Shown here: positions 1 to 10,615 of the stretch, piece by piece
Position numbering within the stretch: position 1 is the first letter of the stretch
Layout: the number at the start of each line of letters is the position of its first letter
Source: Myxococcales bacterium
Lineage (GTDB): Bacteria > Myxococcota_A > Polyangia > Palsa-1104
Length of the DNA stretch: 28,829 nt
Assembly: GCA_023248835.1 (NCBI GenBank)
Contig: JAHFDU010000002.1
Span: 1-28,829 of the forward strand
Reading direction: 5' to 3'
Notes under the pieces: model-generated
What the model saw: only the letters and a program-made list of their open reading frames with translations
The model's database searches: none
What the model was told of the DNA's origin: nothing
Program-made: the position numbers and the translations under genes

Positions 1-829
1 TCAGAAATCCGGGGTAGCCGTAATGGCCGGACACTTCTAATCGAACCTCTTTCGGCAGCGCCGCTTCGGCGTAGAGCGAAATATCGTACAGCCGCAATTC
101 GACTTCGCCATGGTAACCGGTCTGCCGCGCCGGACGCGTCTCGGCGTCGACAATACCGCCGGCGTAGCGGCCGAACGATGCATCGTAGCTGCCGGGATAG
201 AAGTCGAGACGGTCAATCAGGCGGCCATGCACCACGCCGCCGCCGACCAAAAAATGAAACAGCTGCGGCACGCGCATACCGTCGAGGAAAAAGCCGTTCA
301 TCCCCGGCGTCGCGCCGCGGATCACAAAATAGGGCAAAAGCGGAATCGGCGTGGCAACCCCGGGCAGCGTGCCAACGATGCGAAACGGATCTCCGAGTGA
401 GCCGGGCAATTGACGCAGCTCCTCTTCGCGCAGCGTCAGGTGTGGAGAGGTGTGGCGCTCGGCTCGCACCGTCGACTCATAGCGGTGGTGGGTGGCAAGC
501 GGCAGCAATCGAACTTCGATGGCGCGCTCCTCGCCCGGCTTGAGTGTTTCGGTCCTGCGCAATGGCTCATGGCTGTCGCTGATAACCACGATCTCAGCCT
601 GACCGGCATGGAGCTCGAGGCGAAAACGGCCCCCAGCATCGGTCGTGGTCTCTTCGCCGGTCGAAGCGATGATGCGAACGTCTGCAAGAGCGTTGATGCT
701 GCCGCGCTCAAACACCCGGCCGCGCAAAACTGCCGTGTTCTCTTCTCCGACGACAACACGTGCGGCGGCACAAAACACAACAAATAGAAGGAGCGCCGAG
801 AACAGAAATTGCCTAGCAGGCCAATTCAT
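1..829 (-). CDS. TonB-dependent receptor-like outer-membrane protein, N-terminal part (signal peptide, carboxypeptidase-regulatory-like domain, plug region); 3' end lies beyond the window start
   Basis: Own translation of the minus strand from ATG at 829-827 gives MNWPARQFLFSALLLFVVFCAAARVVVGEENTAVLRGRVFERGSINALADVRIIASTGEETTTDAGGRFRLEL...LREEELRQLPGSLGDPFRIVGTLPGVATPIPLL.... The frame is open to position 1 with G/C-rich third positions. It is not in the ORF track because no stop lies inside the window. Confidence 0.6.
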   Translation of the reverse strand, partial: MNWPARQFLFSALLLFVVFCAAARVVVGEENTAVLRGRVFERGSINALADVRIIASTGEETTTDAGGRFRLELHAGQAEIVVISDSHEPLRRTETLKPGEERAIEVRLLPLATHHRYESTVRAERHTSPHLTLREEELRQLPGSLGDPFRIVGTLPGVATPIPLLPYFVIRGATPGMNGFFLDGMRVPQLFHFLVGGGVVHGRLIDRLDFYPGSYDASFGRYAGGIVDAETRPARQTGYHGEVELRLYDISLYAEAALPKEVRLEVSGHYGYPGFL

Positions 830-830
830 A

Positions 831-955
831 CTCGTTCACGCTCCCCCTGTCCGCGCATCCTGAGCGGAGCGCAGCGAAGTCGAAGGGCGAAATAACGAAG
901 TCTGCCCTTCGACAAGCTCAGGGCGAGCGGGCTGTAGCGGGCGTGAACGCTTACC
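831..955. repeat. ~125-bp palindromic REP/MITE-like element, copy 1, between the hutU stop and the TonB receptor start
   Basis: Terminal inverted repeat cgttcacgc...gcgtgaacg(cttacc). Internal inverted motifs cctgagcggagcg/gctcagggcgagcgg and cgaagggc/gcccttcg surround a 15-nt centre. It is near-identical to 24318-24446. Confidence 0.8.
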
Positions 956-973
956 AGAAATTTCCCCGCCATG

Positions 974-2635
974 CTAATTTTGCGAAGGAACGCGCGGGCC
1001 ATGCGCCTTGGAAAATTCTAGCGCTTCGGGGTATCCCGCATCGGCGTGACGCAACACGCCCATCGCTGGGTCGGTGGTGAGCACGCGCTCAAGCCGCCGC
1101 GCCGCAGCGTCAGTGCCGTCGGCGACCACCACCATGCCGGCGTGCTGCGAATAGCCAATGCCGACGCCGCCACCATGGTGCACGCTCACCCAGGTGGCGC
1201 CAGCAGCGCAATTGATAAGCGCATTCAAAAACACCCAGTCGCTCACCGCGTCCGATCCGTCGCGCATCGCTTCAGTCTCGCGATTGGGTGACGCAACCGA
1301 TCCGGAATCGAGATGATCGCGGCCGATCACAATCGGCGCTTTGACCTTGCCTGCGCGCACAAGTTCATTAAACGCGAGACCTGCGCGTGCGCGTTCGCCG
1401 TAGCCGAGCCAGCAGATACGCGCCGGCAGTCCTTGGAACTGAACACGTTGCTGGGCGAGATCGAGCCAGCGATGAAGATGCGCATTTTCAGGAAAAAGAT
1501 TTTTCACCGTCGCGTCGGTGACTGCGATGTCACTCGGATCGCCCGACAGCGCCACCCAGCGAAACGGACCTTTGCCCTCACAAAACAGTGGTCGAATGTA
1601 GGCGGGAACAAAACCGGGAATTTCAGCAAATCCGTCGACGCCCGCAAGTTTGGCTTGACCGCGCAAATTGTTGCCGTAATCGAAAACGTGCGCGCCCGCA
1701 CGACGAAAATCGAGCAGCGCGGTGACATGTTCGGCCATCGACTGACGCGACAGTGCAATGTAGCGCTCGGGATCACTCCTCCGCAGCTCAGCCGCCTGCG
1801 CAAGTTCGTAGCCCGCAGGAATGTAACCGACCAGCGGATCGTGCGCCGACGTTTGATCGGTCACCAAATCGGGACGCAAGTTGCGCTTCAGCATTTCCGG
1901 CAAGACGCGAGCGCAGTTGCCCTCGAGACCGACTGAAAGCGCCCTGCCCTCCCGGCGCGCCTCTTCGCAAAGAGCGATGGCGTGATCGAGATTTTCCGCT
2001 TGGACATCGAGATAGCGCGTCTCCATTCGACGCCGAATGCGGCTCGGATCGACATCGATGCCGAGGAACACGCCGCCGTTCATGGTCACTGCGAGTGGCT
2101 GCGCGCCGCCCATGCCGCCAAGACCGCCCGACACCACCCATTTTCCTTTCAGCGTCGCGTCGGCGCCATAGTGCACGCGCGCGGCCGAGGCGAAAGTCTC
2201 GTAGGTTCCCTGCAAAATACCTTGCGTGCCGATGTAAATCCACGAGCCCGCCGTCATCTGTCCGTACATCATCAAGCCCGCTGCCTCGAGCTGCCAAAAC
2301 TTCTCCCACGTCGCCCAGTGAGGCACCAAGTTGGAATTGGCAATCAGCACCCGCGGCGCATCTGCATGCGTGCGCAAAACGCCGACCGCTTTTCCCGACT
2401 GCACCAGCAGTGTTTGATCGTCCTCGAGCTCCACCAGTTCGCGCACGATGACGTCGAACGCTTGCCAACTTCGCGCTGCCCGCCCGGTGCCACCGTACAC
2501 CACCAAGTCCTCGGGGCGTTCGGCGACTTCCGGATCGAGATTGTTCATCAGCATGCGCAGTGCCGCCTCTTGCGGCCAGCCTTTGCAGCGAAGCGTGGTG
2601 CCGCGCGGGGCACGGACAATGCGTGACGTCGACAT
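974..2635 (-). CDS. hutU: urocanate hydratase (urocanase)
   Basis: Urocanase motif [14 protein letters not shown], length ~553 aa, N-terminus [39 protein letters not shown]. The ORF-track start at 2908 is an upstream extension. The ATG at 2635 gives the canonical N-terminus. Confidence 0.9.
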   Translation of the reverse strand: MSTSRIVRAPRGTTLRCKGWPQEAALRMLMNNLDPEVAERPEDLVVYGGTGRAARSWQAFDVIVRELVELEDDQTLLVQSGKAVGVLRTHADAPRVLIANSNLVPHWATWEKFWQLEAAGLMMYGQMTAGSWIYIGTQGILQGTYETFASAARVHYGADATLKGKWVVSGGLGGMGGAQPLAVTMNGGVFLGIDVDPSRIRRRMETRYLDVQAENLDHAIALCEEARREGRALSVGLEGNCARVLPEMLKRNLRPDLVTDQTSAHDPLVGYIPAGYELAQAAELRRSDPERYIALSRQSMAEHVTALLDFRRAGAHVFDYGNNLRGQAKLAGVDGFAEIPGFVPAYIRPLFCEGKGPFRWVALSGDPSDIAVTDATVKNLFPENAHLHRWLDLAQQRVQFQGLPARICWLGYGERARAGLAFNELVRAGKVKAPIVIGRDHLDSGSVASPNRETEAMRDGSDAVSDWVFLNALINCAAGATWVSVHHGGGVGIGYSQHAGMVVVADGTDAAARRLERVLTTDPAMGVLRHADAGYPEALEFSKAHGPRVPSQN

Positions 2636-2732
2636 CAAACGCGATACTAGATCACATTCCACTCTTTTTTGCGCACTTGCTCTTGCCGGGTTGTTGCAGT
2701 AACAGTCGACGCACCGAAAAAGGGAGAACCCA

Positions 2733-4814
2733 ATGCCTGGCAACCTGATTTTGTTGTTGATTCCGTTTGGGCTGGTGCTGTTCTTTGTCCTGCTCAGTCG
2801 CTGGGTGGTCAACGTCGGGCCAACCCAGATCGCGATGGCCGAGCGGCGTTTTATGGGCGCGCGATTGCCGACGGGGCGAGTGTTTGCCGCCGACGGTGAG
2901 ATCGGCATTCAGGCGCAGTACTTGGCGCCCGGCCTTCATTTTGTTCCGTGGCCGATTATGCGGGTGGTCGCCAAAGTTCCTTTTGTGACCATCGGCGCCG
3001 ACGAGCTCGGCGTCATCACCGCCGCTGACGGAGAGCCGATGCCGTCGGGCCGCGTGTTCGCCGAGGACAAAGCCGGCGAGCAACACGACAACTTTCAGAA
3101 TCCGGTCGGTTTTCTGCAAGGCGGCGGCGTGCGCGGCAAGCAGCTGCGCTTTTTGACCAACGGCACCTACAAGATTCATCCCTACATTTTCAAAGTCGAT
3201 CAGATCAAAAAGATCCGCATTCCTGAAGGCGCCATCGGTCTCATCACTGCCGCCGACGGTGGCACGCTCGATCAGGGGCAGATCATTGGCAAGCGGGTCG
3301 AGGGCCACGACAACTTTCAAAAAGCCGAGGTGTTCTTGCAGCGCGGCGGCCAGAAAGGTCCGCAGATCGATTTCTTGCGGCCCGGTACCTACAACGTCAA
3401 TACATCGATGTTTCAAGTCGCGGTGGCGCCAGCGGTGCAGATTGGCGAGAACGAACTCGGCATCGTCGAAGCCCGTTCGGGCGACCCGATGGGGATGGGC
3501 GACGTGGTGGCCGAGACGCCCGACATGGGACTGCACGCCAGCTACCAGGACGGCCAAATGTTTTTGAACAGCAAGGGTCAGCGCGGCCCGCAAGAGTCGG
3601 TGCTGCGGCCAGGCACCTACTACGTCAACCCCTATCTGTTTGTGGTGAACACCAAACCGCAGACGGTGATTCCGCAAGGACAGGTCGGCGTGCTGATCTC
3701 GAACATCGGCAAAGATCCAGCCGAGCTGCTCGCCGACACCGTGCGTCCCGGCGCCAAACCGGTGTCTGCCAGCGCCAAGGATCCGGAAGATTCGCGTCTT
3801 GACGCTGGCGTGCGGCAGCGCCACGTGGTGCCGAAGGGTTATCGCGGCATTCAGCAAGACGTACTCGGCCCCGGCGTCTACCCGATCAACCCGCTCGCCT
3901 ACAAAGTGGTGCCGATTCCGACGACAACGCGCTCGGTCGAATGGTCTGCCGATCAGAACAACAAAGACTTCAATCCGTTTGAGGTGGTGTCGAACGACGG
4001 TTTCACGATGAAGGTGGAGATTCGCTTGCAGTATCGAATTCTGCCCGAGAACGCGCCCTATCTCGTGCAAAAACTCGGTTCGGTCGAAGAGCTCGAGAAG
4101 AATGTGATCCATCCGCAGATCGACGGAATTTTTCGCGCCCAGGTTTCCAAGGCACCGGCGCTCAACTACCAACAGAATCGTGCGCTCGAGCAGAGCGAAG
4201 CCGAGGCGGTGGTGCGCGCCGACATGGCGCAATACAAGGTCGAAGTGGTCTCGGTGATGATTTGCAATATTGTGCTCCCCGAAGCGCTGATGCACACCAC
4301 CCAAGAGCGCAATTTGGCCGAGCAGAAAAAAGCCATGTTTGATGCGCAGCGCGCCGCAGAGCAGCAGCGCATTGCGCTTGAGCAGACCAAAGCGGAGGCC
4401 GATCAGCAAGTGGCGATGAAGAAGGCCGAGGTCGGTATTCAGATTGCGAAAAACGAAGCGGTGCAGGCGCAAGAGCGCGCCAAGGGCGAAGCCGCGGCAG
4501 TCAAGACCCGCGCCGAAGCCGAGGCCGAGCGCATTCGTCGCACCGGGGATGCCGAAGCCGCGGTCATTCAGTCGAAAGGCAACGCCCAGGCCGAGGCCTA
4601 TCAAAAACAGGTTTCCGCTCTCACCCCTCAGGGCGTGACTGCTGTCGAAGTCACCAAACTTCTCACTGCCGCCGGCACCAAAATCACGCCCGACTTTTTG
4701 GTCAACGGCGGTGGCAGCGGAGGCGGTGGCAGCGACGGCCTGGTCTCGTTGCTGCTGGCCACCACTCTAAAATCGCAGATGACTCAAGCGCCTCCGACCT
4801 CGACCAAGACCTAA
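2733..4814 (+). CDS. flotillin-like SPFH/Band-7 family membrane protein with N-terminal TM helix, four tandem beta-rich repeats, an SPFH domain and an EA-rich coiled-coil tail
   Basis: N-terminus [22 protein letters not shown] is a TM helix. The motif FLQ.GG.RG.Q...L.PGTY.VNP..F.V recurs four times. The C-terminus carries a flotillin-type [30 protein letters not shown] repeat region. An SD-like aaaggga sits upstream of ATG 2733. The antisense 650-aa ORF is rejected. Confidence 0.85.
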   Translation: MPGNLILLLIPFGLVLFFVLLSRWVVNVGPTQIAMAERRFMGARLPTGRVFAADGEIGIQAQYLAPGLHFVPWPIMRVVAKVPFVTIGADELGVITAADGEPMPSGRVFAEDKAGEQHDNFQNPVGFLQGGGVRGKQLRFLTNGTYKIHPYIFKVDQIKKIRIPEGAIGLITAADGGTLDQGQIIGKRVEGHDNFQKAEVFLQRGGQKGPQIDFLRPGTYNVNTSMFQVAVAPAVQIGENELGIVEARSGDPMGMGDVVAETPDMGLHASYQDGQMFLNSKGQRGPQESVLRPGTYYVNPYLFVVNTKPQTVIPQGQVGVLISNIGKDPAELLADTVRPGAKPVSASAKDPEDSRLDAGVRQRHVVPKGYRGIQQDVLGPGVYPINPLAYKVVPIPTTTRSVEWSADQNNKDFNPFEVVSNDGFTMKVEIRLQYRILPENAPYLVQKLGSVEELEKNVIHPQIDGIFRAQVSKAPALNYQQNRALEQSEAEAVVRADMAQYKVEVVSVMICNIVLPEALMHTTQERNLAEQKKAMFDAQRAAEQQRIALEQTKAEADQQVAMKKAEVGIQIAKNEAVQAQERAKGEAAAVKTRAEAEAERIRRTGDAEAAVIQSKGNAQAEAYQKQVSALTPQGVTAVEVTKLLTAAGTKITPDFLVNGGGSGGGGSDGLVSLLLATTLKSQMTQAPPTSTKT

Positions 4815-4903
4815 CACACGGTAACGCCATCGCCGCGCTCTTATAACAACTCCGAGCTTAGGAGAACCACTGAGCACGGCGACTATACAAGGGGGCAAGC
4901 GAG

Positions 4904-4979
4904 GAAAAAGCCCTTCGCCGCACGCAGTTCCGCAGGCCGTCCGCGGCCGAGGATGTCTGAGTACGACGAAGGGCTTTTC
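4904..4979. terminator. candidate bidirectional terminator: long-range hairpin gaaaaagcccttcg ... cgaagggcttttc with an inner ggccg/cggcc hairpin, between the convergent flotillin gene and tRNA-Pro
   Basis: Inverted repeat read directly. T-rich tracts flank the stem on both strands. The loop is unusually large (~45 nt), so confidence is modest. Confidence 0.3.
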
Positions 4980-4983
4980 CGAG

Positions 4984-5061
<78 letters not shown>

Positions 5062-5080
5062 AAGAAAACAGGCTTGTCTA

Positions 5081-5407
5081 TCACGCCTGCTCGTCGTCGT
5101 CGATGATCTTTTCGAGCTCGTCGAGCGCACTCAGGATCCTGGCGGTCGCGGTCGTCGGCCCAGCGCCACCTTCGCGCAGTTTGCGCTTGGCTCCCTCGAT
5201 GCGATAACCCTGATCGTAGAGTAGCTGCTTGACTTGCAGAACGATCTCGACGTCGCGTCGTCGGTAGAGCCGCTGCCCGGAGCTGGTTTTCTGCGGCCGA
5301 ATTCCGGAGAACTCGCCCTCCCAGTAGCGTAGCACATGCGGCTCGACGCCGGACAGCGCAGCCACTTCGCCGATCTTGAAATAGGGTTTGTCGGGAATCG
5401 CAGACAA
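5081..5407 (-). CDS. MerR-family transcriptional regulator
   Basis: N-terminal [28 protein letters not shown] is typical of MerR. The start is TTG, abutting the ihfA stop. The ihfA-MerR-tRNAPro arrangement is conserved in many proteobacteria. Confidence 0.75.
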   Translation of the reverse strand: MSAIPDKPYFKIGEVAALSGVEPHVLRYWEGEFSGIRPQKTSSGQRLYRRRDVEIVLQVKQLLYDQGYRIEGAKRKLREGGAGPTTATARILSALDELEKIIDDDEQA

Positions 5408-5713
5408 TTACGTGTTGAGAACGTCCTTGAGCACCTGACTGGGGCGGAAGGTGAGCACGCGACGGGCGCTGATGACGATGCCCTGGCCGGTCTGAGGATT
5501 GCGGCCGACGCGCGAGTGTTTCTCGCGTACGATGAAGTTGCCAAAGCCGGAGATCTTGATCTTCTCGCCGCGCTCGAGCGTCTCTTTCATGGTGTTAAAC
5601 ACCGCTTCGACGATGTCGGCCGCCTCTTTTTTCGAAAAACCGCCGATCTTTTCATAGACGTTTTCGACGATGTCCGCCTTGGTCATGGTCGCATTTTTGC
5701 TCTCAGCCGACAT
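5408..5713 (-). CDS. ihfA: integration host factor alpha subunit (HU/IHF family)
   Basis: Contains GFGNFIVREKHSRVGRNPQTGQGIVISARRVLTFRPSQVLKDV, the IHF/HU arm motif. SD ggggag lies 5 nt upstream of ATG 5713. Confidence 0.85.
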   Translation of the reverse strand: MSAESKNATMTKADIVENVYEKIGGFSKKEAADIVEAVFNTMKETLERGEKIKISGFGNFIVREKHSRVGRNPQTGQGIVISARRVLTFRPSQVLKDVLNT

Positions 5714-5846
5714 GGGCTCCCCGTTTGCCAGTTGCTAGGACGACATTGATACTGTCGTAGCCGGTTGCAAGTCAAGCCCGCGGCCGTTCGCGGCCGTCAC
5801 TTCCAACTTTACGTTCCGCAAGTTCTACTGATAAGATAAAAAACCC

Positions 5847-7946
5847 ATGCCCCGTGACATACCGATCGGCAACGACCGCTTGCTGGTGATGTTTGACGAA
5901 CACTATCGCATCCGCGACTTCTATTACCCCAACGTTGGGAAGGAGAATCACGCCGGCGGTTTTCCCTTCCGCTTTGGCGTGTACGTCGACGGGCGGATCA
6001 GTTGGGTCAAGCGCGACGAGGGCTGGCGACTTGACCTCAAGTACGAGCCGGAGACGACGGTCACCGACGTGCGCGGTCGCAACGATGCGATCGGACTCGC
6101 GCTACGCGGCACCGACTGCGTTGATTTTCACGAGACGCTGGTGTTGCGCAAAATCGTCGTCGAGAACCTGCGCAACGAGCCGCGCCACGTGCGGCTTTTT
6201 TTTCACCACGATTTCCGTATTTCAGAAAGCGACGTTGGCGACACCGCTGCCTACGATCCGACGACCAAAACGCTCACCCACTATAAAGGCTATCGCTATT
6301 TTCTCATCAACACGATGGTCGATGGCCAGGCTGGGGTTGAAGCGTTTGCAATCGGACAGAAGGGCGCCGGCCGCGACGGCACCTGGAAGGACGCCGAAGA
6401 CGATGGCCTGCTCGGCATGAATCCGATCGCGCAGGGCGCGGTCGATTCGACCATTGGCGTGTCACTCGAAATCGGCGCGCGCGCCACCAAGACGGTCTAC
6501 TACTGGGTTGCCTGCGCCAAGGTTTGGCAGGGCAGCTGGGACGGCGCCAAAGAGCTCAATGAAAAAGTGGTGCGACGCGGCCCGGAGTTCTTCATCGCGC
6601 GCACCCGTGGCTATTGGAAATTGTGGGTGAACAAAGAGCCGACTGAATTCTTCGGTCTGCCGGCGCCGCTAATCGATCTGTACAAGCGCTCGTTGCTCAT
6701 CGTTCGTACTCAGATCGACGAGGGCGGTGGAATTTTGGCCGCTAATGACTCGGACATTATGCAGTTTGCACGCGATACGTATTCTTATGTGTGGCCGCGC
6801 GATGGCGCACTGGTGTCGCATGCGCTCGACATGGCGGGTTATCGCGAGACCACGCTCAAATTTTTTCAGTTCTGCTCCGACGTCCTGACCTCGGGCGGGT
6901 TCTTGCTGCACAAATACAATCCCGATCGCTCGCTGGCGTCATCGTGGCATCCCTGGGTCGCGGCGCCGATGATCAAGAGCGGCGAGCCACCGCTTGGGCG
7001 AGAACAGCTGCCAATTCAGGAGGACGAAACCGCGCTGGTGATTTGGGCGCTGTGGCGCCATTTTCAGCGCTACCGAGACATCGATGCGATAAAGCCGATC
7101 TACGGGCGGCTGGTGCGCAAAGCGGCCGATTTCATGTTGGCCTACCGCGATCCGCGCACGCGACTGCCGGCACCGTCGTACGATTTGTGGGAGGAGCGTC
7201 GCGGCATTTTGACCTTTACCTGCTCTGCCGTGTATGGCGGCTTGGCGGCGGCGGCGGAATTTGCCCACGCGTTTGGTGATACCAGTCACGCCGAGTCTTA
7301 CATGAACGGCGCCGACGAGATTCGAGCGGCAATGGACAAACATCTCTGGCGCCCTGAACTCAATCGTTTTGCGCGCATGATTGAGGTGCGCGACGACGGA
7401 TCGATTGTGGTGGACGAAACCATAGACGCCTCGCTCTACGGAACGTTTGCGTTTGGCGCTTATGCCGCCGACGATCCAAAGGTCGAAGCCACCATGCGCG
7501 CGGTACGCGATCGACTGTGGTGCAAAACCGATGTCGGGGGCGTCGCTCGCTACGAGAACGACTACTATCACGCAGTCAGCGACGACAAGAAAAACGTGCC
7601 GGGCAATCCCTGGTTCATTTGCACGATGTGGCTGGCGCTGCATGTTATAGCCAAGGCCAAGACGGTCGAGGATCTCGGCGAGGCGGTGAAAATTCTCGAG
7701 TGGGTCAATTCGCGAAAATTACCGTCGGGCGTGCTGGCCGAGCAGGTGCATCCTTACACCAATGCACCGCTGTCGGTGTCGCCGTTGACCTGGAGTCACG
7801 CCACTGTTGTCGACGTGGTTCAGTCCTACTTGGAAAAACGCGAGGCGGTCGAGCGCTGTCCGACTTGCGGCGGACCGAAGAAGCGCAAACTCGAAGGTTA
7901 CGAGCGCATCGATCCCGACCTTCATGTGCATGAAGACCCCAAATAG
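5847..7946 (+). CDS. glycoside hydrolase family 15 protein (glucoamylase/glucodextranase/trehalase-like)
   Basis: 699 aa. GH15-type catalytic region with the DLWEERRG motif and the ...WPRDGA... segment. N-terminal beta-sandwich domain. Sits immediately upstream of zwf. Confidence 0.8.
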   Translation: MPRDIPIGNDRLLVMFDEHYRIRDFYYPNVGKENHAGGFPFRFGVYVDGRISWVKRDEGWRLDLKYEPETTVTDVRGRNDAIGLALRGTDCVDFHETLVLRKIVVENLRNEPRHVRLFFHHDFRISESDVGDTAAYDPTTKTLTHYKGYRYFLINTMVDGQAGVEAFAIGQKGAGRDGTWKDAEDDGLLGMNPIAQGAVDSTIGVSLEIGARATKTVYYWVACAKVWQGSWDGAKELNEKVVRRGPEFFIARTRGYWKLWVNKEPTEFFGLPAPLIDLYKRSLLIVRTQIDEGGGILAANDSDIMQFARDTYSYVWPRDGALVSHALDMAGYRETTLKFFQFCSDVLTSGGFLLHKYNPDRSLASSWHPWVAAPMIKSGEPPLGREQLPIQEDETALVIWALWRHFQRYRDIDAIKPIYGRLVRKAADFMLAYRDPRTRLPAPSYDLWEERRGILTFTCSAVYGGLAAAAEFAHAFGDTSHAESYMNGADEIRAAMDKHLWRPELNRFARMIEVRDDGSIVVDETIDASLYGTFAFGAYAADDPKVEATMRAVRDRLWCKTDVGGVARYENDYYHAVSDDKKNVPGNPWFICTMWLALHVIAKAKTVEDLGEAVKILEWVNSRKLPSGVLAEQVHPYTNAPLSVSPLTWSHATVVDVVQSYLEKREAVERCPTCGGPKKRKLEGYERIDPDLHVHEDPK

Positions 7947-7955
7947 AGGGAAAAC

Positions 7956-9506
7956 ATGAGTGATCCCGTCGAGAACCCCCTGCGCGAGGGACTGGCGCGC
8001 GAGCGTGTGCCGCAGCCATGCACGATGATCATTTTTGGCGCGTCGGGCGATTTGACCAAGCGCAAGCTGGTGCCGGCGCTCTATTCACTCGGCCGCGATC
8101 GACTGCTGCCCTCGGCATTCAGCGTCATCGGCGTCGCCAGGCGCGACATTGGCGATGAAGCCTTTCGCCAGAGCATGCGCGAGTCGTGCGACAAGTTCGC
8201 GCGCCGTCGTCCCGTCGAGGAGGCGCTGTGGAAGACTTTTTCGGACGGGCTGTTTTACTGCAACGGCACCTTCGAATCGCCCGACACCTATACAAAATTG
8301 AAAAAACAGCTCGACGAGCTCGACGAGAAACGGGGCACTCGCGGCAATCGGGTTTTCTATTTGTCGACGCCGCCCAATGAATATCCGGCGATCATCTCGA
8401 TGCTTGGTCAGGCGGGACTGATCAACCGCGACGGCGATACGCCGTTTACGCGCGTGATCGTGGAAAAGCCGTTTGGCCGCGATCTGCAGAGCGCGCGCTC
8501 TCTTAACCGCACCGTGCATGATTCACTGCGAGAGAATCAGACCTATCGCATCGACCATTACCTCGGTAAGGAAACGGTGCAGAACATCTTGGTATTCCGC
8601 TTTGCCAACGGCATCTGGGAGCCGCTGTGGAATTCGAAATATGTCGATCACGTGCAACTTACTGTCGCTGAAGCGATCGGCGTCGAAGGGCGCGGTGGCT
8701 ATTTTGAGAGCGCTGGCATCGTCCGCGACATGGTGCAGAACCACATGTTCCAGTTTTTTTGTTTGATGGCGATGGAGCCGCCGGTGGCGTTCGAAGCCGA
8801 GGCGGTGCGCGACGAAAAACTCAAAGTGTTGCGGGCGTTGCGCCTGTTGCCAAGTGATCCGAAATTGGTGGCGCAGAACGTGGTGCGTGGTCAGTACAGC
8901 GCGGGCGCCGTCGGTGGCGAAACCCGCATGAGTTATCGACAGGAAAAGGGTGTCGCGCCCGATTCCAACATCGAGACCTATGTGGCGATGCGCCTGTTTA
9001 TCGACAACTGGCGTTGGGCGGGCGTGCCGTTTTATCTGCGCGCCGGCAAAGCGCTGCCCAAGCGCGTCACCGAAATCGCGATCCATTTTAAGCGCGCGCC
9101 ACACGCGATTTTTCCATCGGCGGCGGCAGAGATTGAGCGTCAGCCTAACGTACTGACGATTCGCATCCAGCCGGATGAGGGCATCGCGCTCAACTTTTTT
9201 TCCAAAGTCCCCGGGCCGACCACCGATGTGCTGCCGGTGCCGATGGAGTTTCGCTACGGGACTTCGTTTGGTGCCGAGCCGCCCGAGGCCTACGAGCGGC
9301 TCCTACTCGACTGTATGCTCGGCGACGGCACGCTGTTTACGCGCGGCGACGAAGTCGAAGCGTCGTGGACATTTATTGATCAAATCGAAAAAGCTTGGGC
9401 GCAATCTCCTCCGACTGATTTTCCCAATTATGCGTCAGGCACTTGGGGGCCTGATGCAGCCGAACAGATGCTCCAGCGGGACGGTCGTGCCTGGAGAAGG
9501 CTGTGA
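7956..9506 (+). CDS. zwf: glucose-6-phosphate 1-dehydrogenase
   Basis: Motifs IFGASGDLTKRKL, EKPFGRDL and RIDHYLGKE are the G6PD signature. SD gaggga upstream. Confidence 0.95.
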   Translation: MSDPVENPLREGLARERVPQPCTMIIFGASGDLTKRKLVPALYSLGRDRLLPSAFSVIGVARRDIGDEAFRQSMRESCDKFARRRPVEEALWKTFSDGLFYCNGTFESPDTYTKLKKQLDELDEKRGTRGNRVFYLSTPPNEYPAIISMLGQAGLINRDGDTPFTRVIVEKPFGRDLQSARSLNRTVHDSLRENQTYRIDHYLGKETVQNILVFRFANGIWEPLWNSKYVDHVQLTVAEAIGVEGRGGYFESAGIVRDMVQNHMFQFFCLMAMEPPVAFEAEAVRDEKLKVLRALRLLPSDPKLVAQNVVRGQYSAGAVGGETRMSYRQEKGVAPDSNIETYVAMRLFIDNWRWAGVPFYLRAGKALPKRVTEIAIHFKRAPHAIFPSAAAEIERQPNVLTIRIQPDEGIALNFFSKVPGPTTDVLPVPMEFRYGTSFGAEPPEAYERLLLDCMLGDGTLFTRGDEVEASWTFIDQIEKAWAQSPPTDFPNYASGTWGPDAAEQMLQRDGRAWRRL

Positions 9507-10615
9507 GCGAAGCCGAAGATCGGCTGCGCCTGTTCAAAAAGGGCGACGCCATCGAGGTGCCCTTTACCAAAGTCGAAAGTGAGCTGCGCGCATTGTGGCG
9601 CCACGCCGCCGAGGGCAAACCCGGCGAACCTCGTCGACCGGTGACCCGCGCCTGTTTGTGGAATTTGATCGTCGCCGTCGATACCCAGGCGCTGGTGGAG
9701 ATGAAAGCCCTGACCGATCATGTCGGCAGGCAATTCCCGGCGCGGACGATTTTGGTAGGTCCGATTGAGACGCATCCGGGCGAAGACGAGGGCGAAATCT
9801 ACTCTTTTGTGCAGGCGCATTGGCGCGCTGGCGAAGCGCATGCGACCGGCTCCGAACAGGTAACGCTGCTGTCGACGGGTGCGGCCGCAACGCGTCTACC
9901 GTCGCTGGTGCGTTCTCTGCTGGTGCCCGACGCGCCGACTGCGATGTTGTGGCTCGACACTCCCACCCACGAGTCCGCGGTGCGCGAGCTCACGTTTGAA
10001 GTCGATCGTTTGATCATCGATTCGCGCAGCCTGGAACGCGAAGCCGACCTCGACCAGTACGATCTCCTGTCGGTGCATTCGCCCTCACTCGAGTTTGCCG
10101 ATCTGGCATGGATCGGTATTTCGCCGATGCGCAGTCTGGCGGCGGCCCTGTTTGATCCCCCCCACGATCCGGCACAGCTCGATCAGCTGACGCGGGTGCG
10201 GGTGACCTCCGGGATCGCAGGAACGCAAGCGCGCGCGCTGCTCATGCTCGGTTGGCTCGCCGATCGACTGGGCTGGCACAATCTGCGGCGGCAGAAGGGC
10301 AGCGCCATCGCCCGGCGCTGGACCGCTACACGCCGTCATGGTGGCGAAGTGCAGGTAGAGCTGCAAACCGAGCTCGGCGGCGCGTCGCATGGCGTCACCG
10401 GGCTGCTTCTCGAGAAGGAGAGCGATCGTTGGTCGCTGCGGCGCGACACCGGCGCCATCGACGTCACCGCCCCTGGTTTGCCGATGCGATCACAGCCAGC
10501 GCGCTCGCATACCAACGCAGAATTGGTGGTGGCCGCACTCGGCGCGCGCGGGCGAGACCCTTCCTACCGAGAAGGTTTGCGCAAAGCGATTGAATTTCTG
10601 CAGGCGCATTCGTAG
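9503..10615 (+). CDS. opcA: OpcA-like glucose-6-phosphate dehydrogenase assembly/effector protein
   Basis: 370-aa ORF between zwf and pgl with a GTGA start/stop overlap on zwf. This is the zwf-opcA-pgl synteny known from actinobacteria and cyanobacteria. No enzymatic motif was recognised. The call rests on context and size. Confidence 0.65.
   Translation: MSEAEDRLRLFKKGDAIEVPFTKVESELRALWRHAAEGKPGEPRRPVTRACLWNLIVAVDTQALVEMKALTDHVGRQFPARTILVGPIETHPGEDEGEIYSFVQAHWRAGEAHATGSEQVTLLSTGAAATRLPSLVRSLLVPDAPTAMLWLDTPTHESAVRELTFEVDRLIIDSRSLEREADLDQYDLLSVHSPSLEFADLAWIGISPMRSLAAALFDPPHDPAQLDQLTRVRVTSGIAGTQARALLMLGWLADRLGWHNLRRQKGSAIARRWTATRRHGGEVQVELQTELGGASHGVTGLLLEKESDRWSLRRDTGAIDVTAPGLPMRSQPARSHTNAELVVAALGARGRDPSYREGLRKAIEFLQAHS

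Noticed and set aside
1-3. 'tca' at the window start as the stop codon (TGA) of a minus-strand gene ending there
   Set aside because: That frame hits TAG 12 codons upstream. The real minus gene is in a different frame and is still open at position 1.
1753-2626. ORFs 1753-2451(+), 1788-2468(-), 1982-2626(+) and others overlapping hutU
   Set aside because: Arg/Pro/Ser-rich junk frames inside a gene with an unambiguous urocanase translation.
2652-4604. 650-aa minus-strand ORF fully antisense to the flotillin gene
   Set aside because: Low-complexity Gly/Leu/Arg-rich translation with no domain signatures. The plus strand has a clear TM, SPFH and flotillin repeats. It is a typical high-GC antisense artefact.
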